Below, piece after piece: positions 10,920-22,076 of a stretch of 64,000 bases of DNA. The first letter of the stretch is position 1; every line of letters begins with the position of its first letter. The stretch covers positions 2,170,001-2,234,000 of the forward strand of contig OZ251228.1 in NCBI GenBank assembly GCA_965240325.2. The letters run 5' to 3'. Source of the stretch: Rebecca billardiae RCC1528 (Eukaryota > Protista > Haptophyta). Under the pieces are notes generated by a model. The model had not been told where the DNA came from, did no database searches, and was given only the letters and a program-made list of their open reading frames with translations. Made by a program: the position numbers and the translations under genes.

Positions 10920-13001
10920 ATGGCCGCCGCCACGAAGCCAGCGGCCAAGACGCCGTGGCTCCACGCGTGGCGTGACCCTGTGGCTGACCTCAAGGCCTAC
11001 TCGCCGTGCATCCGGCTGGTGGACTTGAATGGTGCGCGCGCGAGCGCCGGCCGCGCAACGCGCTTCGCCGAGCCGGCCACATGACCGTTGCGCGCGGCCG
11101 TCCGCACCGTGCGCGCGACGGCGCGCGCGCGCAGGCGACGGCGAGTACAAGCTGATCGTTGCCGACGCGGCGCGCCGCCTCAAGGTGTACCGCAACACCT
11201 CGCTCATCTCGGAGAACGTGCTGCTCGACCAGCCGGTCGCGCTGTGCGTCACGTACAACGAGGCGACCAAGCCGCGCGTGCCGTGCGTCTCGGTCGCGGC
11301 CGGCCCGCACGTGTTCATCTACCGCAGGTTACGGCCGTACTTCAAGTTCACCGTGCCACCGACGCCGCTCGCCGCGGCGGAGGCCGACGTGTGGACGCGG
11401 CTGAGCAGCGGGCACGCGGACATTGGCGGCGCCGTCGAGCAGCTCGTGACGATGCGCGACGCGGGCACCGCGCTCTCGACGCGCTCGGTCGACCTGATCA
11501 ACACGGAGGACGCGGCCGAGCGGCGCGCGCTGGTCGAGACGTGGAAGGGCGCGCCGCTCAACCAGCAGACCGTGATCACCTGCATGGAGGTCGTCAAGAA
11601 GAACATGGACGAAGACGACGCGCTCTCGCAGCTCGTGATCGGCACCGAGTCGGGCGCGGTGCTCATCCTCGACGTGTCCGGCGTGACGATCCTCAACCGC
11701 TTCGTGCTGCCCGCCGCGCCGGTCTTCCTCGCGGTGACCGGGCTGTACGACGTCGAGTACCGCGTCGTCTGCGCCTGCCGCAACGGCTCGGTGTACACGA
11801 TCAAGAACGGCGAGCTCACCGGGATGGTGATCGAGCTCGAGGCGCAGCCGTGCGGGCTGTGCCGGCTCGACAAGTCGATCGTGGTCGCGTGCATGGGCAA
11901 CGTGGTGCACTCGTACCACATCAAGGGGAAGAAGAGCTTCTCGCTGTACATGCCCGCCCCCGTCGCCGCGGTCGAGGTGCTCCAGCTCACGCGCATGCGC
12001 ACGCTGCGCGCGCTGCTCGTCTCGCTGCACAACGGCGAGGTGCGCGTGTACAACGACAAGGACCTGGTGCACACGCTCGCCACCGACGACCCGGTGGTCG
12101 GCATGCGGTTTGGGTCGTACGGCCGCGAGGAGGGCGCGCTCGCGATGGTGGGCAAGGCGGGCACGCTGCTCATCAAGATGCTCCAGCGCTCCGCCTCGCT
12201 CGACTCGGCGAGCGCGCCGCCCGGACCCCCGCCCGAGCAGGACATCCCGCTCGCCATCCCGAAGAAGACCAAGCTGTACGTCGAGCAGACGCAGCGCGAG
12301 CGCGACCAGGCGACGGAGATGCACCGCATCTTCCAGCGCGACCTGTGCAAGCTGCGGCTGAGCACGGCGCGCGCGTACGTCAAGGTGCTCACCGACGGGC
12401 AGGTGCGCGCCGCGCGCCGCGCCACCTCGCGCGCGGTCCCGCGACGGCGCGCGCGGCCCCCCGGGCCTCGCTCACCGCCGCGCGCGCGCCGCGCCGCCCG
12501 GCCCGCGCGCAGGGCCCCCAGTCGTACACGCTCGGCGAGTCCATCCGGCTGACCGCGCAGGTGCAGGGCCTCGGCCCCCTCTTCAAGCTCAAGCTCAACC
12601 TGCAGAACATGGGCACCAAGCCCATCCAGGACCTCGAGATGACCTTTGCCGCCAACCCGATGCTGTACAAGCTCAAGGCGCGCGTGCTGCATGTACGCAC
12701 GCAGCGCAGCGCGGCGCGGCCGCGCGCACGCGCGGCGGCGCGAACCTAGGCGCGCACGCGAGATCGAGCGAGAAGAGGGCGCGCGCGCGCGCGCTGACGC
12801 ACGCCGCGCGCCGTGCCGCGCGCGCAGGTGGGCATGCTCCTGCCGAGCGTCACGTACCGCTGCGAGTGCGAGCTGCAGAGCGTCGACGAGGGCGGCGCGG
12901 CCGACAGCGTGCGCGTGTTCGTGTGCAACCGCACGAGCAAGCTGCCCATCATCTCGGCGGTGGTGGCGATGCCGATCAGCGAAGCAGTCATGCCGGACTG
13001 A
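10920..13001 (+). CDS. BBS1: Bardet-Biedl syndrome 1 protein (BBSome); exons 10920-11031, 11135-12402, 12513-12692, 12828-13001
   Basis: WLHAWRDPVA..DLNGDGEYKLIVAD, YRRLRPYFKFTVP, FGSYGREEG, IPKKTKLYVEQTQRERD, VQGLGPLFKL; three GT-AG introns restore the frame. Confidence 0.95.
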
Positions 13002-13574
13002 GTGGGCTTGCCCGGCGGACGGCTCGGCGTGGCCGCTCGTGCCGCGCCAACCGCACGGCCGCGCCGGTCGGCGCGAATGCAGAGCCCACGCGGCGGCCGA
13101 GGTCACAATCGTCCTGGCAACACGGGCTGCACGGTCACGGGCGGCGAGCAATCGGGACACTGCCTGGTGCGAGCGCCTGCCTACTGCGGGCTCCTACCTG
13201 CAGCGAGCTCGGAACGGTGCGGGATGCTCTCGTGGCATGGCATGGCCGGCAAGCTCTCAAGTCTTGCGTCGACTCTACTCGCCCTGCGACTCGCGAGCCT
13301 TGCAATCGGTCAAGGCCCGGGTTCACTACCTGCCCAGATCGGGATGAGCAGCTCATCACGTAATAATATCCCGGCGACGAGCTAGACCGGCGGCCGCAGC
13401 GCCGCGCGGCAGCTGCCACGGTCCAGCAGATCGATCTATCTATGCGGGCGCGACTGGGCTTCGCCGCCCCGGCCGCCCGCTTCGCGTTCGCCGGACGTTG
13501 ACGATGCCGATGACAAAGAGTGACGATTAGACGAGTGAGTCTGTCCGGTAACTCGGGTATAAGTGACTCTCTCC

Positions 13575-13575
<1 letters not shown>

Positions 13576-13620
<45 letters not shown>
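13576..13620. repeat. (TC)n microsatellite
   Basis: Seen directly. Confidence 0.95.
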
Positions 13621-13623
<3 letters not shown>

Positions 13624-13954
13624 CATACTGCGACTAACGACACGCCCCGTAAGCCCGCCGCGCCCGGCTCGTCTGAGACGGTCCAGTCACAGACAGACGC
13701 ACACTCATCACACAGTGACTGCTTGAGTTGTCTTGAGTGAGAGCCACTCGTAACTGTGTACATCGTTAGTATCGTAGTCATGATAGAGTCTACGACTGCT
13801 GCTACGGTGAGTGCTACTGCTTCATGTAACTAGCAGCTTCAGATATAGATATATATATATACCTATATATATATATCTATATATATATAGATATAGATAT
13901 ATATCGCCGCCGCTATAACGCCAGTACATATAGCAGTCGTTATAACGATTAAGG

Positions 13955-15376
13955 TCACCGCCCCCGCCACGGCCACAGCCAACTACCACCAGAAAAGAGC
14001 GCAGCGAGGCCTGATAATGTGGTACTCTGCTGCGCGGTACCAGGGCTTCCCACGGCCGAGGCTGAGCTCCGTGGGCTGTTGATGGGCGCGCGCTGGGCCA
14101 TGCGCATGGGTGCGACGGCAGCTGCCTTCGATGCCGTTGTCGCTTTCGCTGGCTTCGCCACCTTGGCCGCGGGAGCCTCAGCTGGCGTCGCCGCAGCGTC
14201 AGCAGCAGCTCCATCGGCTGCGCGGCGGCAGCCAGCGCGTGCAGAGGCATTGGAGGACTTGCGGTACAGTGCCGCCCACGCCGCGTCCATGTTGCTCCAG
14301 CTGCGCGTGCCAAGCATCGCCTCGCGCACCGCCGCGACCGTCGCCGAGAGCGTCGACGGTGGCGTGCCGAGGAACAGGCGCGAGCGGATGAGAAGCAGCA
14401 TGTCTACGAGGACGGACGGCGGGGCTGCGCTCGGGCGCGGCACGAGCGAGGAAGGGAGGAGCACGTTGAAGCGCTGCTTGAGCCGCGCGATGGTCGGCGA
14501 GCTCGCCGGGAAGTCGTGCGGGTCGTGCGCGAGCACGAGAGGCGTGCTGGGCGGCAGCGCCGCGCGCTCCAGCCACCCCTGCACGTACTCGATGCTCAGC
14601 TGGCACACGTCTGCCGGGCGCCAGATGGGCTCGCGCGTGGGATAGATGAGGTGCGAGACGTCGGCGCTGCCGCACGCCTCGCCGAGCGGGAGGACGAGCC
14701 GCTCGACGCACGCCTTCTCCACCCAGCGCAGGTGCGCGCCCACGTAAGCGGCGCGACCGCCCTGCAGGTGGCGCTCGATGAAGCTGTCCACGGCTGCGCG
14801 CAGCGCGCGCGACGGGCGCAGCAGCAGCTGCGCGCTCAGCGTGCCGAAGAAGAGCTCGGAGGCGGGCGTGCGCGCGTAGAACAGCCGCTTCGTCTCGAGG
14901 CGCGCGATTCGTCGCCCCTCCTTTTCGAGCCGCGCCTCATCGCTCGCGTCGGCGACGCAGAGCCAGCTGTCGAAAGCGCCGCGATAGTCGAGGTGCTCAC
15001 CAAAGTGATGGGTGAAGGCCCTGGGTAGGAGCATGCGCGCGTCCTCGCCCGCGTCGGCTCGTGTGGCCACGAAGGCGGCAAGGCTGCTCAACTCGCTGAG
15101 GAAGTTGTTCAGCCGCCCGTACGCCTCGCGAAAAGTATAGTATGTCGCGTTGCGGCCGCTGCAGCTCACGACCGCCGCTCCGATGGCCGGCGGCTCACCG
15201 AACGGCTGATACCATCCGCGCACGAGCCGCGGCGGATCCCACGCGAAAGGGTGCTCGGGGACCTCAAGCGTCGGCACCACGCCGGGCCTGGCGTCGATGC
15301 TGCGGCTGTCGAGCGCCGTGCCAAGCATCAAGCTCGCCATGGTGACAAGCGCGGCGCGATGAGCAGCGGCAGCCAT
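13955..15376 (-). CDS. GDP-fucose O-fucosyltransferase-like glycosyltransferase (copy 1)
   Basis: Hydrophobic N-terminus MAAAAHRAALVTMASLMLG; motifs YGRLNNFL, YVGAHLRW, VDMLLLIRSRLFLGTPPSTLS resemble GT-B fucosyltransferases (POFUT/FUT8/NodZ-type). Confidence 0.75.
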   Translation of the reverse strand: MAAAAHRAALVTMASLMLGTALDSRSIDARPGVVPTLEVPEHPFAWDPPRLVRGWYQPFGEPPAIGAAVVSCSGRNATYYTFREAYGRLNNFLSELSSLAAFVATRADAGEDARMLLPRAFTHHFGEHLDYRGAFDSWLCVADASDEARLEKEGRRIARLETKRLFYARTPASELFFGTLSAQLLLRPSRALRAAVDSFIERHLQGGRAAYVGAHLRWVEKACVERLVLPLGEACGSADVSHLIYPTREPIWRPADVCQLSIEYVQGWLERAALPPSTPLVLAHDPHDFPASSPTIARLKQRFNVLLPSSLVPRPSAAPPSVLVDMLLLIRSRLFLGTPPSTLSATVAAVREAMLGTRSWSNMDAAWAALYRKSSNASARAGCRRAADGAAADAAATPAEAPAAKVAKPAKATTASKAAAVAPMRMAQRAPINSPRSSASAVGSPGTAQQSTTLSGLAALFSGGSWLWPWRGR

Positions 15377-15500
15377 GCTGCCTCGCGGACATATCATTAC
15401 AAGGAATCCCAGGCGGCACACCGAAGCCGCAACTGGAGGGCTGCCGTCGTCGATCGGCGACGCGCGCGCCAGCCGGTGCTCCGCGCACAAGCTGGCCGGC

Positions 15501-16961
15501 ATGGTCGACGTGAGGAACCCCAAGTGTGATCACGCGGGCTGCACCACGCGGCCTAACTTCGGCATGCCGGGCGACGCGCGCGCCAGCCGATGCGCCACGC
15601 ACAAGCTGGCCGGGATGGTCGACATGAAGAGCCCCAAGTGTGATCACGCGGGCTGCACCACGCGGCCTTTGTTCGGCATGCCGGGCGACTCGCGCGCCAG
15701 CCGGTGCGCTACGCACAAGCTGGCCGGCATGGTCGACGTGAAGAGCCGCAAGTGTGATCACACGGGCTGCACCAAGGGGCCTTCGTACGGCATGCCGGGC
15801 GACGCGCGCGCCAGCCGGTGCGCCACGCACAAGCTGGCCGGCATGGTCAACGTGGTGAGCCCCACGTGCGATCACACCGGCTGCACCAAGGTGCCTTCTT
15901 TCGGCATGCCGGGCGACGCGCGCGCCAGCCGGTGCGCCACGCACAAGCTGGCCGGCATGGTCGACTTGGTGCACCCCAAGTGTGATCACACCGGCTGCAC
16001 CACACGGCCTACCTTCGGCATGCCGGGCAACGCGCGCGCCAGCCGGTGCGCCACGCACAAGCTGGCCGGCATGGTCGATGTGAAGAGCCCCAAGTGTGAT
16101 CACACCGGCTGCACCACACGGCCTACCTTCGGCATGGCGGGCAACGCGCGCGCCAGCCGGTGTGCTACGCACAAGCTGGCCGGCATGGTCGACGTGAGGA
16201 GCCCCAAGTGTGGTCACACCGGCTGCACCAAGGGGCCTTCATTCGGCATGCCGGGCGACGCGCGCGGCAGCCGGTGCGCCACGCACAAGCTGGCCGGCAC
16301 GGTCGACTTGGTGCACCCCAAGTGTGATCACACCGGCTGTACCACACGGCCTACCTTCGGCATGCCGGGCGACGCACGCGCAAGCCGGTGCGCTACGCAC
16401 AAGCTGTCCGGCATGGTCGGCTTGGTGCACCCCAAGTGTCATCACGCGGGCTGCACCAAGGGGCCTGCGTTCGGCATGCCGGGTGACACGCGCGCCAGCC
16501 GGTGCGCTGAACACAAGCTGGCCGGCATGGTTAACACTCGGCTTGCCGTCCCCAAGCGCAGGCTGGAGCATGGCACCGGCGACCAGGGCACGCGCGCAGC
16601 GAAGCGACAGCACAAAACCACAAGCTGCGTTGCCGCTGTTTTGGACGCCGCGCCGCAGCTTTCCCCACCGCCGCCGCTGGTCGCTGTCAGCATCGTCCGC
16701 TGGCGCTCGCCAGATGGCACGATCCGTTCGGTTGACGACGGGGTGGTCAATGATGGTGCCTGGGCCCTGGACGAGCGGCACCTGTCCGCCTTGCCCGGCA
16801 ACGCAGGTGGCGACGCAGTCCGGGCTGCCCATGGCAGCTACGACCAGGGTCTACCAGCACTACCGTCATCATCGATGGCGGCTGGAGCAGCACCGCGGCA
16901 GCAACCACAGGACATACCTGTGGTGATGGCCAGGAGGGTGGTCCGCGACGGTGCAGGCTGA
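15501..16961 (+). CDS. EsV-1-7 cysteine-rich repeat protein (copy 1, 9 repeats; upstream in-frame ATG at 15375)
   Basis: 38-aa repeat GMVDVKSPKCDHTGCTKGPSFGMPGDARASRCATHKLA x9 (15501-16526), then basic PKRRLE..AAKRQHK and a unique C-terminus. Confidence 0.85.
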   Translation: MVDVRNPKCDHAGCTTRPNFGMPGDARASRCATHKLAGMVDMKSPKCDHAGCTTRPLFGMPGDSRASRCATHKLAGMVDVKSRKCDHTGCTKGPSYGMPGDARASRCATHKLAGMVNVVSPTCDHTGCTKVPSFGMPGDARASRCATHKLAGMVDLVHPKCDHTGCTTRPTFGMPGNARASRCATHKLAGMVDVKSPKCDHTGCTTRPTFGMAGNARASRCATHKLAGMVDVRSPKCGHTGCTKGPSFGMPGDARGSRCATHKLAGTVDLVHPKCDHTGCTTRPTFGMPGDARASRCATHKLSGMVGLVHPKCHHAGCTKGPAFGMPGDTRASRCAEHKLAGMVNTRLAVPKRRLEHGTGDQGTRAAKRQHKTTSCVAAVLDAAPQLSPPPPLVAVSIVRWRSPDGTIRSVDDGVVNDGAWALDERHLSALPGNAGGDAVRAAHGSYDQGLPALPSSSMAAGAAPRQQPQDIPVVMARRVVRDGAG

Positions 16962-17456
16962 TGAAGCCGTAAAGCGTGGCTCGTCGTGATGATCTCCCAA
17001 CGATCATCACGACGAGCTTTCGTTCGAGCGAGCGCTGGCATCGGGCCGCCGATTCCGAGACGCCACCGGGCACGGCAGAAGTTCTTCACCGCGCTCGACT
17101 TCACGCCCCTGTTCCGCTCATGTCGACCGGCGCCCCTCCACTCACGGCCGGCAGGGGCTGGCCCACCAAGCTGCTCAAGACCTTCATCGTCACTAACTCT
17201 TACTGGGACCTGCCAGCCGCACATCGGCACGCTCTGCAAGCAGCTGGCCTTCCCGGAGGCGTGCGCGATGGCGCAGAAGCACGGGCCCAACACGGTGCAT
17301 CTCGACGTGGACTTACTGCTCGAGCACGGGCCTGACCGCTGACGCGGTAGTCGCGCTGCTCGCGTGCAGCACTGCCTCCAGCCCGGGCGGCTGGCGCTTC
17401 CCCCCGTGCCACCTACGGCACCACCTCTCCGACGCCTGACGCCTGTGCAGAGGCTC

Positions 17457-17965
17457 GGGCTCTGGCTTCGGTTGACCCCTGCCAGAGACGGGCACTGTGA
17501 GCTCTTTCATGAAGTCACTCGTGAAAACCGCACAGGAGGACCTCAATGGATGCTGCCTAGATGATGACTTCAGAGCGATTATTGGGCCAACAAGCGCAGG
17601 TTTCCTCTATAGTTAAAGTTATTTAGCAGTAGTTCAGACTCTATTTTACTATGTATTTACCCATTTCAGACTCCGGTCAGAATGTCAGAACACGGTCCGG
17701 GAGCGATCCGGATGCACCCGTAGCTATTGGAAATGTGTCACCGGACTGGTTAAATAGCTAGGAGAAATAGTAGAGTCTGAAGTAGTCACAAAGTGAGAGT
17801 TTCACACCCTCCAGGGCACTTGTTGGCCATTCATAGCAACTCTACTTGGGGCCCTGTGGGACACTTCGGGCGTATTCATTCGGCCGCGCAGGAATGCGAA
17901 GATCATTTTCGGTACTGCCCGGTTTCTATGACCGGACTGGCAGGGGTCCACCGGAGCCAGAGCCC
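17457..17965. mobile_element. 509-bp MITE with ~29-bp TIRs (unit 1)
   Basis: GGGCTCTGGCTTCGGTTGACCCCTGCCAG ... CTGGCAGGGGTCCACCGGAGCCAGAGCCC; absent from unit 3. Confidence 0.85.
17633..17781. mobile_element. 149-bp mini-MITE nested in the 509-bp MITE (second copy 21744-21892)
   Basis: TTCAGACTCTA...TAGAGTCTGAA termini with longer imperfect inverted repeat; GTAG on both flanks. Confidence 0.75.
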
Positions 17966-18061
17966 AGATCCGATATGTGCTGATGATTCGGATGCTGCGC
18001 GTGACAAAGTGCGCAATTATTCCGCAATAAAATTTACTGTAACAAAGCGCCTCGCCAACTA

Positions 18062-18063
<2 letters not shown>

Positions 18064-18129
<66 letters not shown>
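18064..18129. repeat. (GA)n microsatellite between units 1 and 2
   Basis: Seen directly. Confidence 0.95.
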
Positions 18130-18132
<3 letters not shown>

Positions 18133-18177
18133 CCGCCGCTATAACGCCACATATAGCAGTCGTTATAACGATTAAGG

Positions 18178-19596
18178 TCACCGCCCCCGCCACGGCCACA
18201 GCCAACTACCACCAGAAAAGAGCGCAGCGAGGCCTGATGTGGTACTCTGCTGCGCGGTACCAGGGCTTCCCACGGCCGAGGCTGAGCTCCGTGGGCTGTT
18301 GATGGGCGCGCGCTGAGCCATGCGCATGGGTGCGACGGCAGCTGCCTTCGATGCCGTTGTCGCTTTTGCTGGCTTCGCCACCTTGGCCGCTGGAGCCTCA
18401 GCTGGCGTCGCCGCAGCGTCAGCAGCAGCTCCATCGGCTGCGCGGCGGCAGCCAGCGCGTGCAGAGGCATTGGAGGACTTGCGGTACAGTGCCGCCCACG
18501 CCGCGTCCATGTTGCTCCAGCTGCGCGTGCCAAGCATCGCCTCGCGCACCGCCGCGACCGTCGCCGAGAGCGTCGACGGCGGCGTGCCGAGGAACAGGCG
18601 CGAGCGGATGAGAAGCAGCATGTCTACGAGGACGGACGGCGGGGCTGCGCTCGGGCGCGGCACGAGCGAGGAAGGGAGGAGCACGTTGAAGCGCTGCTTG
18701 AGCCGCGCGATGGTCGGCGAGCTCGCCGGGAAGTCGTGCGGGTCGTGCGCGAGCACGAGAGGCGTGCTGGGCGGCAGCGCCGCGCGCTCCAGCCACCCCT
18801 GCACGTACTCGGTGCTCAGCTGGCACACGTCTGCCGGGCGCCAGATGGGCTCGCGCGTGGGATAGATGAGGTGCGAGACGTCGGCGCTGCCGCACGCCTC
18901 GCCGAGCGGGAGGACGAGCCGCTCGACGCACGCCTTCTCCACCCAGCGCAGGTGCGCGCCCACGTAAGCGGCGCGACCGCCCTGCAGGTGGCGCTCGATG
19001 AAGCTGTCCACGGCTGCGCGCAGCGCGCGCGACGGGCGCAGCAGCAGCTGCGCGCTCAGCGTGCCGAAGAAGAGCTCGGAGGCGGGCGTGCGCGCGTAGA
19101 ACAGCCGCTTCGTCTCGAGGCGCGCGATTCGTCGCCCCTCCCTTTCGAGCCGCGCCTCATCGCTCGCGTCGGCGACGCAGAGCCAGCTGTCGAAAGCGCC
19201 GCGATAGTCGAGGTGCTCACCAAAGTGATGGGTGAAGGCCCTGGGCAGGAGCATGCGCGCGTCCTCGCCCGCGTCGGCTCGTGTGGCCACGAAGGCGGCA
19301 AGGCTGCTCAACTCGCTGAGGAAGTTGTTCAGCCGCCCGTACGCCTCGCGAAAAGTATAGTATGTCGCGTTGCGGCCGCTGCAGCTCACGACCGCCGCTC
19401 CGATGGCCGGCGGCTCACCGAACGGCTGATACCATCCGCGCACGAGCCGCGGCGGATCCCACGCGAAAGGGTGCTCGGGGACCTCAAGCGTCGGCACCAC
19501 GCCGGGCCTGGCGTCGATGCTGCGGCTGTCGAGCGCCGTGCCAAGCATCAAGCTCGCCATGGTGACAAGCGCGGCGCGATGAGCAGCGGCAGCCAT
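18178..19596 (-). CDS. O-fucosyltransferase-like glycosyltransferase (copy 2)
   Basis: Near-identical to copy 1. Confidence 0.75.
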   Translation of the reverse strand: MAAAAHRAALVTMASLMLGTALDSRSIDARPGVVPTLEVPEHPFAWDPPRLVRGWYQPFGEPPAIGAAVVSCSGRNATYYTFREAYGRLNNFLSELSSLAAFVATRADAGEDARMLLPRAFTHHFGEHLDYRGAFDSWLCVADASDEARLEREGRRIARLETKRLFYARTPASELFFGTLSAQLLLRPSRALRAAVDSFIERHLQGGRAAYVGAHLRWVEKACVERLVLPLGEACGSADVSHLIYPTREPIWRPADVCQLSTEYVQGWLERAALPPSTPLVLAHDPHDFPASSPTIARLKQRFNVLLPSSLVPRPSAAPPSVLVDMLLLIRSRLFLGTPPSTLSATVAAVREAMLGTRSWSNMDAAWAALYRKSSNASARAGCRRAADGAAADAAATPAEAPAAKVAKPAKATTASKAAAVAPMRMAQRAPINSPRSSASAVGSPGTAQQSTTSGLAALFSGGSWLWPWRGR

Positions 19597-19725
19597 GCTG
19601 CCTCGCGGACATAAAGTAATCCTCAATCCGCCCAGGCGCGCGGCACACCGAAGCCGCAACTGGGGCTGCCGTCGTCGATCGGCGACGCGCGCGCCAGCCG
19701 GTGCTCCGCGCACAAGCTGGCCGGG

Positions 19726-21072
19726 ATGGTCGACATGAAGAGCCCCAAGTGTGATCACGCGGGCTGCACCACGCGGCCTTTGTTCGGCATGCCGGGCGAC
19801 TCGCGCGCCAGCCGGTGCGCTACGCACAAGCTGGCCGGCATGGTCGACGTGAAGAGCCGCAAGTGTGATCACACGGGCTGCACCAAGGGGCCTTCGTACG
19901 GCATGCCGGGCGACGCGCGCGCCAGCCGGTGCGCCACGCACAAGCTGGCCGGCATGGTCAACGTGGTGAGCCCCACGTGTGATCACACCGGCTGCACCAA
20001 GGTGCCTTCTTTCGGCATGCCGGGCGACGCGCGCGCCAGCCGGTGCGCCACGCACAAGCTGGCCGGCATGGTCGACTTGGTGCACCCCAAGTGTGATCAC
20101 ACCGGCTGCACCACACGGCCTACCTTCGGCATGCCGGGCAACGTGCGCGCCAGCCGGTGCGCCACGCACAAGCTGGCCGGCATGGTCGATGTGAAGAGCC
20201 CCAAGTGTGATCACACCGGCTGCACCACACGGCCTACCTTCGGCATGGCGGGCAACGCGCGCGCCAGCCGGTGTGCTACGCACAAGCTGGCCGGCATGGT
20301 CGACGTGAGGAGCCCCAAGTGTGGTCACACCGGCTGCACCAAGGGGCCTTCATTCGGCATGCCGGGCGACGCGCGCGGCAGCCGGTGCGCCACGCACAAG
20401 CTGGCCGGCACGGTCGACTTGGTGCACCCCAAGTGTGATCACACCGGCTGTACCACACGGCCTACCTTCGGCATGCCGGGCGACGCACGCGCAAGCCGGT
20501 GCGCTACGCACAAGCTGTCCGGCATGGTCGGCTTGGTGCACCCCAAGTGTCATCACGCGGGCTGCACCAAGGGGCCTGCGTTCGGCATGCCGGGTGACAC
20601 GCGCGCCAGCCGGTGCGCTGAACACAAGCTGGCCGGCATGGTTAACACTCGGCTTGCCGTCCCCAAGCGCAGGCTGGAGCATGGCACCGGCGACCAGGGC
20701 ACGCGCGCAGCGAAGCGACAGCACAAAACCACAAGCTGCGTTGCCGCTGTTTTGGACGCCGCGCCGCAGCTTTCCCCACCGCCGCCGCTGGTCGCTGTCA
20801 GCATTGTCCGCTGGCGCTCGCCAGATGGCACGATCCGTTCGGTTGACGACGGGGTGGTCAATGATGGTGCCTGGGCCCTGGACGAGCGGCACCTGTCCGC
20901 CTTGCCCGGCAACGCAGGTGACGACGCAGTCCGGGCTGCCCATGGCAGCTACGACCAGGGTCTACCAGCACTACCGTCATCATCGATGGCGGCTGGAGCA
21001 GCACCGCGGCAGCAACCACAGGACATACCTGTGGTGATGGCCAGGAGGGTGGTCCGCGACGGTGCAGGCTGA
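19726..21072 (+). CDS. EsV-1-7 repeat protein (copy 2, 8 repeats)
   Basis: 114-bp repeats 19726-20637; same C-terminus. Confidence 0.85.
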   Translation: MVDMKSPKCDHAGCTTRPLFGMPGDSRASRCATHKLAGMVDVKSRKCDHTGCTKGPSYGMPGDARASRCATHKLAGMVNVVSPTCDHTGCTKVPSFGMPGDARASRCATHKLAGMVDLVHPKCDHTGCTTRPTFGMPGNVRASRCATHKLAGMVDVKSPKCDHTGCTTRPTFGMAGNARASRCATHKLAGMVDVRSPKCGHTGCTKGPSFGMPGDARGSRCATHKLAGTVDLVHPKCDHTGCTTRPTFGMPGDARASRCATHKLSGMVGLVHPKCHHAGCTKGPAFGMPGDTRASRCAEHKLAGMVNTRLAVPKRRLEHGTGDQGTRAAKRQHKTTSCVAAVLDAAPQLSPPPPLVAVSIVRWRSPDGTIRSVDDGVVNDGAWALDERHLSALPGNAGDDAVRAAHGSYDQGLPALPSSSMAAGAAPRQQPQDIPVVMARRVVRDGAG

Positions 21073-21567
21073 TGAAGCCGTGAAGCGTGGCTCGTCGTGA
21101 TGATCTCCCAACGATCATCACGACGAGCTTTCGTTCGAGCGAGCGCTGGCATCGGGCCGCCGATTCCGAGACGCCACCGGGCACGGCAGAAGTTCTTCAC
21201 CGCGCTCGACTTCACGCCCCTGTTCCGCTCATGTCGACCGGCGCCCCTCCACTCACGGCCGGCAGGGGCTGGCCCACCAAGCTGCTCAAGACCTTCATCG
21301 TCACTAACTCTTACTGGGACCTGCCAGCCGCACATCGGCACGCTCTGCAAGCAGCTGGCCTTCCCGGAGGCGTGCGCGATGGCGCAGAAGCACGGGCCCA
21401 ACACGGTGCATCTCGACGTGGACTTACTGCTCGAGCACGGGCCTGACCGCTGACGCGGTAGTCGCGCTGCTCGCGTGCAGCACTGCCTCCAGCCCGGGCG
21501 GCTGGCGCTTCCCCCCGTGCCACCTACGGCACCACCTCTCCGACGCCTGACGCCTGTGCAGAGGCTC

Positions 21568-22076
21568 GGGCTCTGGCTTCGGTTGACCCCTGCCAGAGAC
21601 GGGCACTGTGAGCTCTTTCATGAAGTCACTCGTGAAAACCGCACAGGAGGACCTCAATGGATGCTGCCTAGATGATGACTTCAGAGCGATTATTGGGCCA
21701 ACAAGCGCAGGTTTCCTCTATAGTTAAAGTTATTTAGCAGTAGTTCAGACTCTATTTTACTATGTATTTACCCATTTCAGACTCCGGTCAGAATGTCAGA
21801 ACACGGTCCGGGAGCGATCCGGATGCACCCGTAGCTATTGGAAATGTGTCACCGGACTGGTTAAATAGCTAGGAGAAATAGTAGAGTCTGAAGTAGTCAC
21901 AAAGTGAGAGTTTCACACCCTCCAGGGCACTTGTTGGCCATTCATAGCAACTCTACTTGGGGCCCTGTGGGACACTTCGGGCGTATTCATTCGGCCGCGC
22001 AGGAATGCGAAGATCATTTTCGGTACTGCCCGGTTTCTATGACCGGACTGGCAGGGGTCCACCGGAGCCAGAGCCC
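21568..22076. mobile_element. 509-bp MITE (unit 2)
   Basis: Same as 17457-17965. Confidence 0.85.

Noticed and set aside
18178-20328. 716-aa minus ORF fusing antisense EsV repeats to the GT
   Set aside because: The antisense frame stays open because the repeats are GC-rich and stop-free; the fusion is absent in units 1 and 3; the GT has its own ATG and signal-like start at 19596
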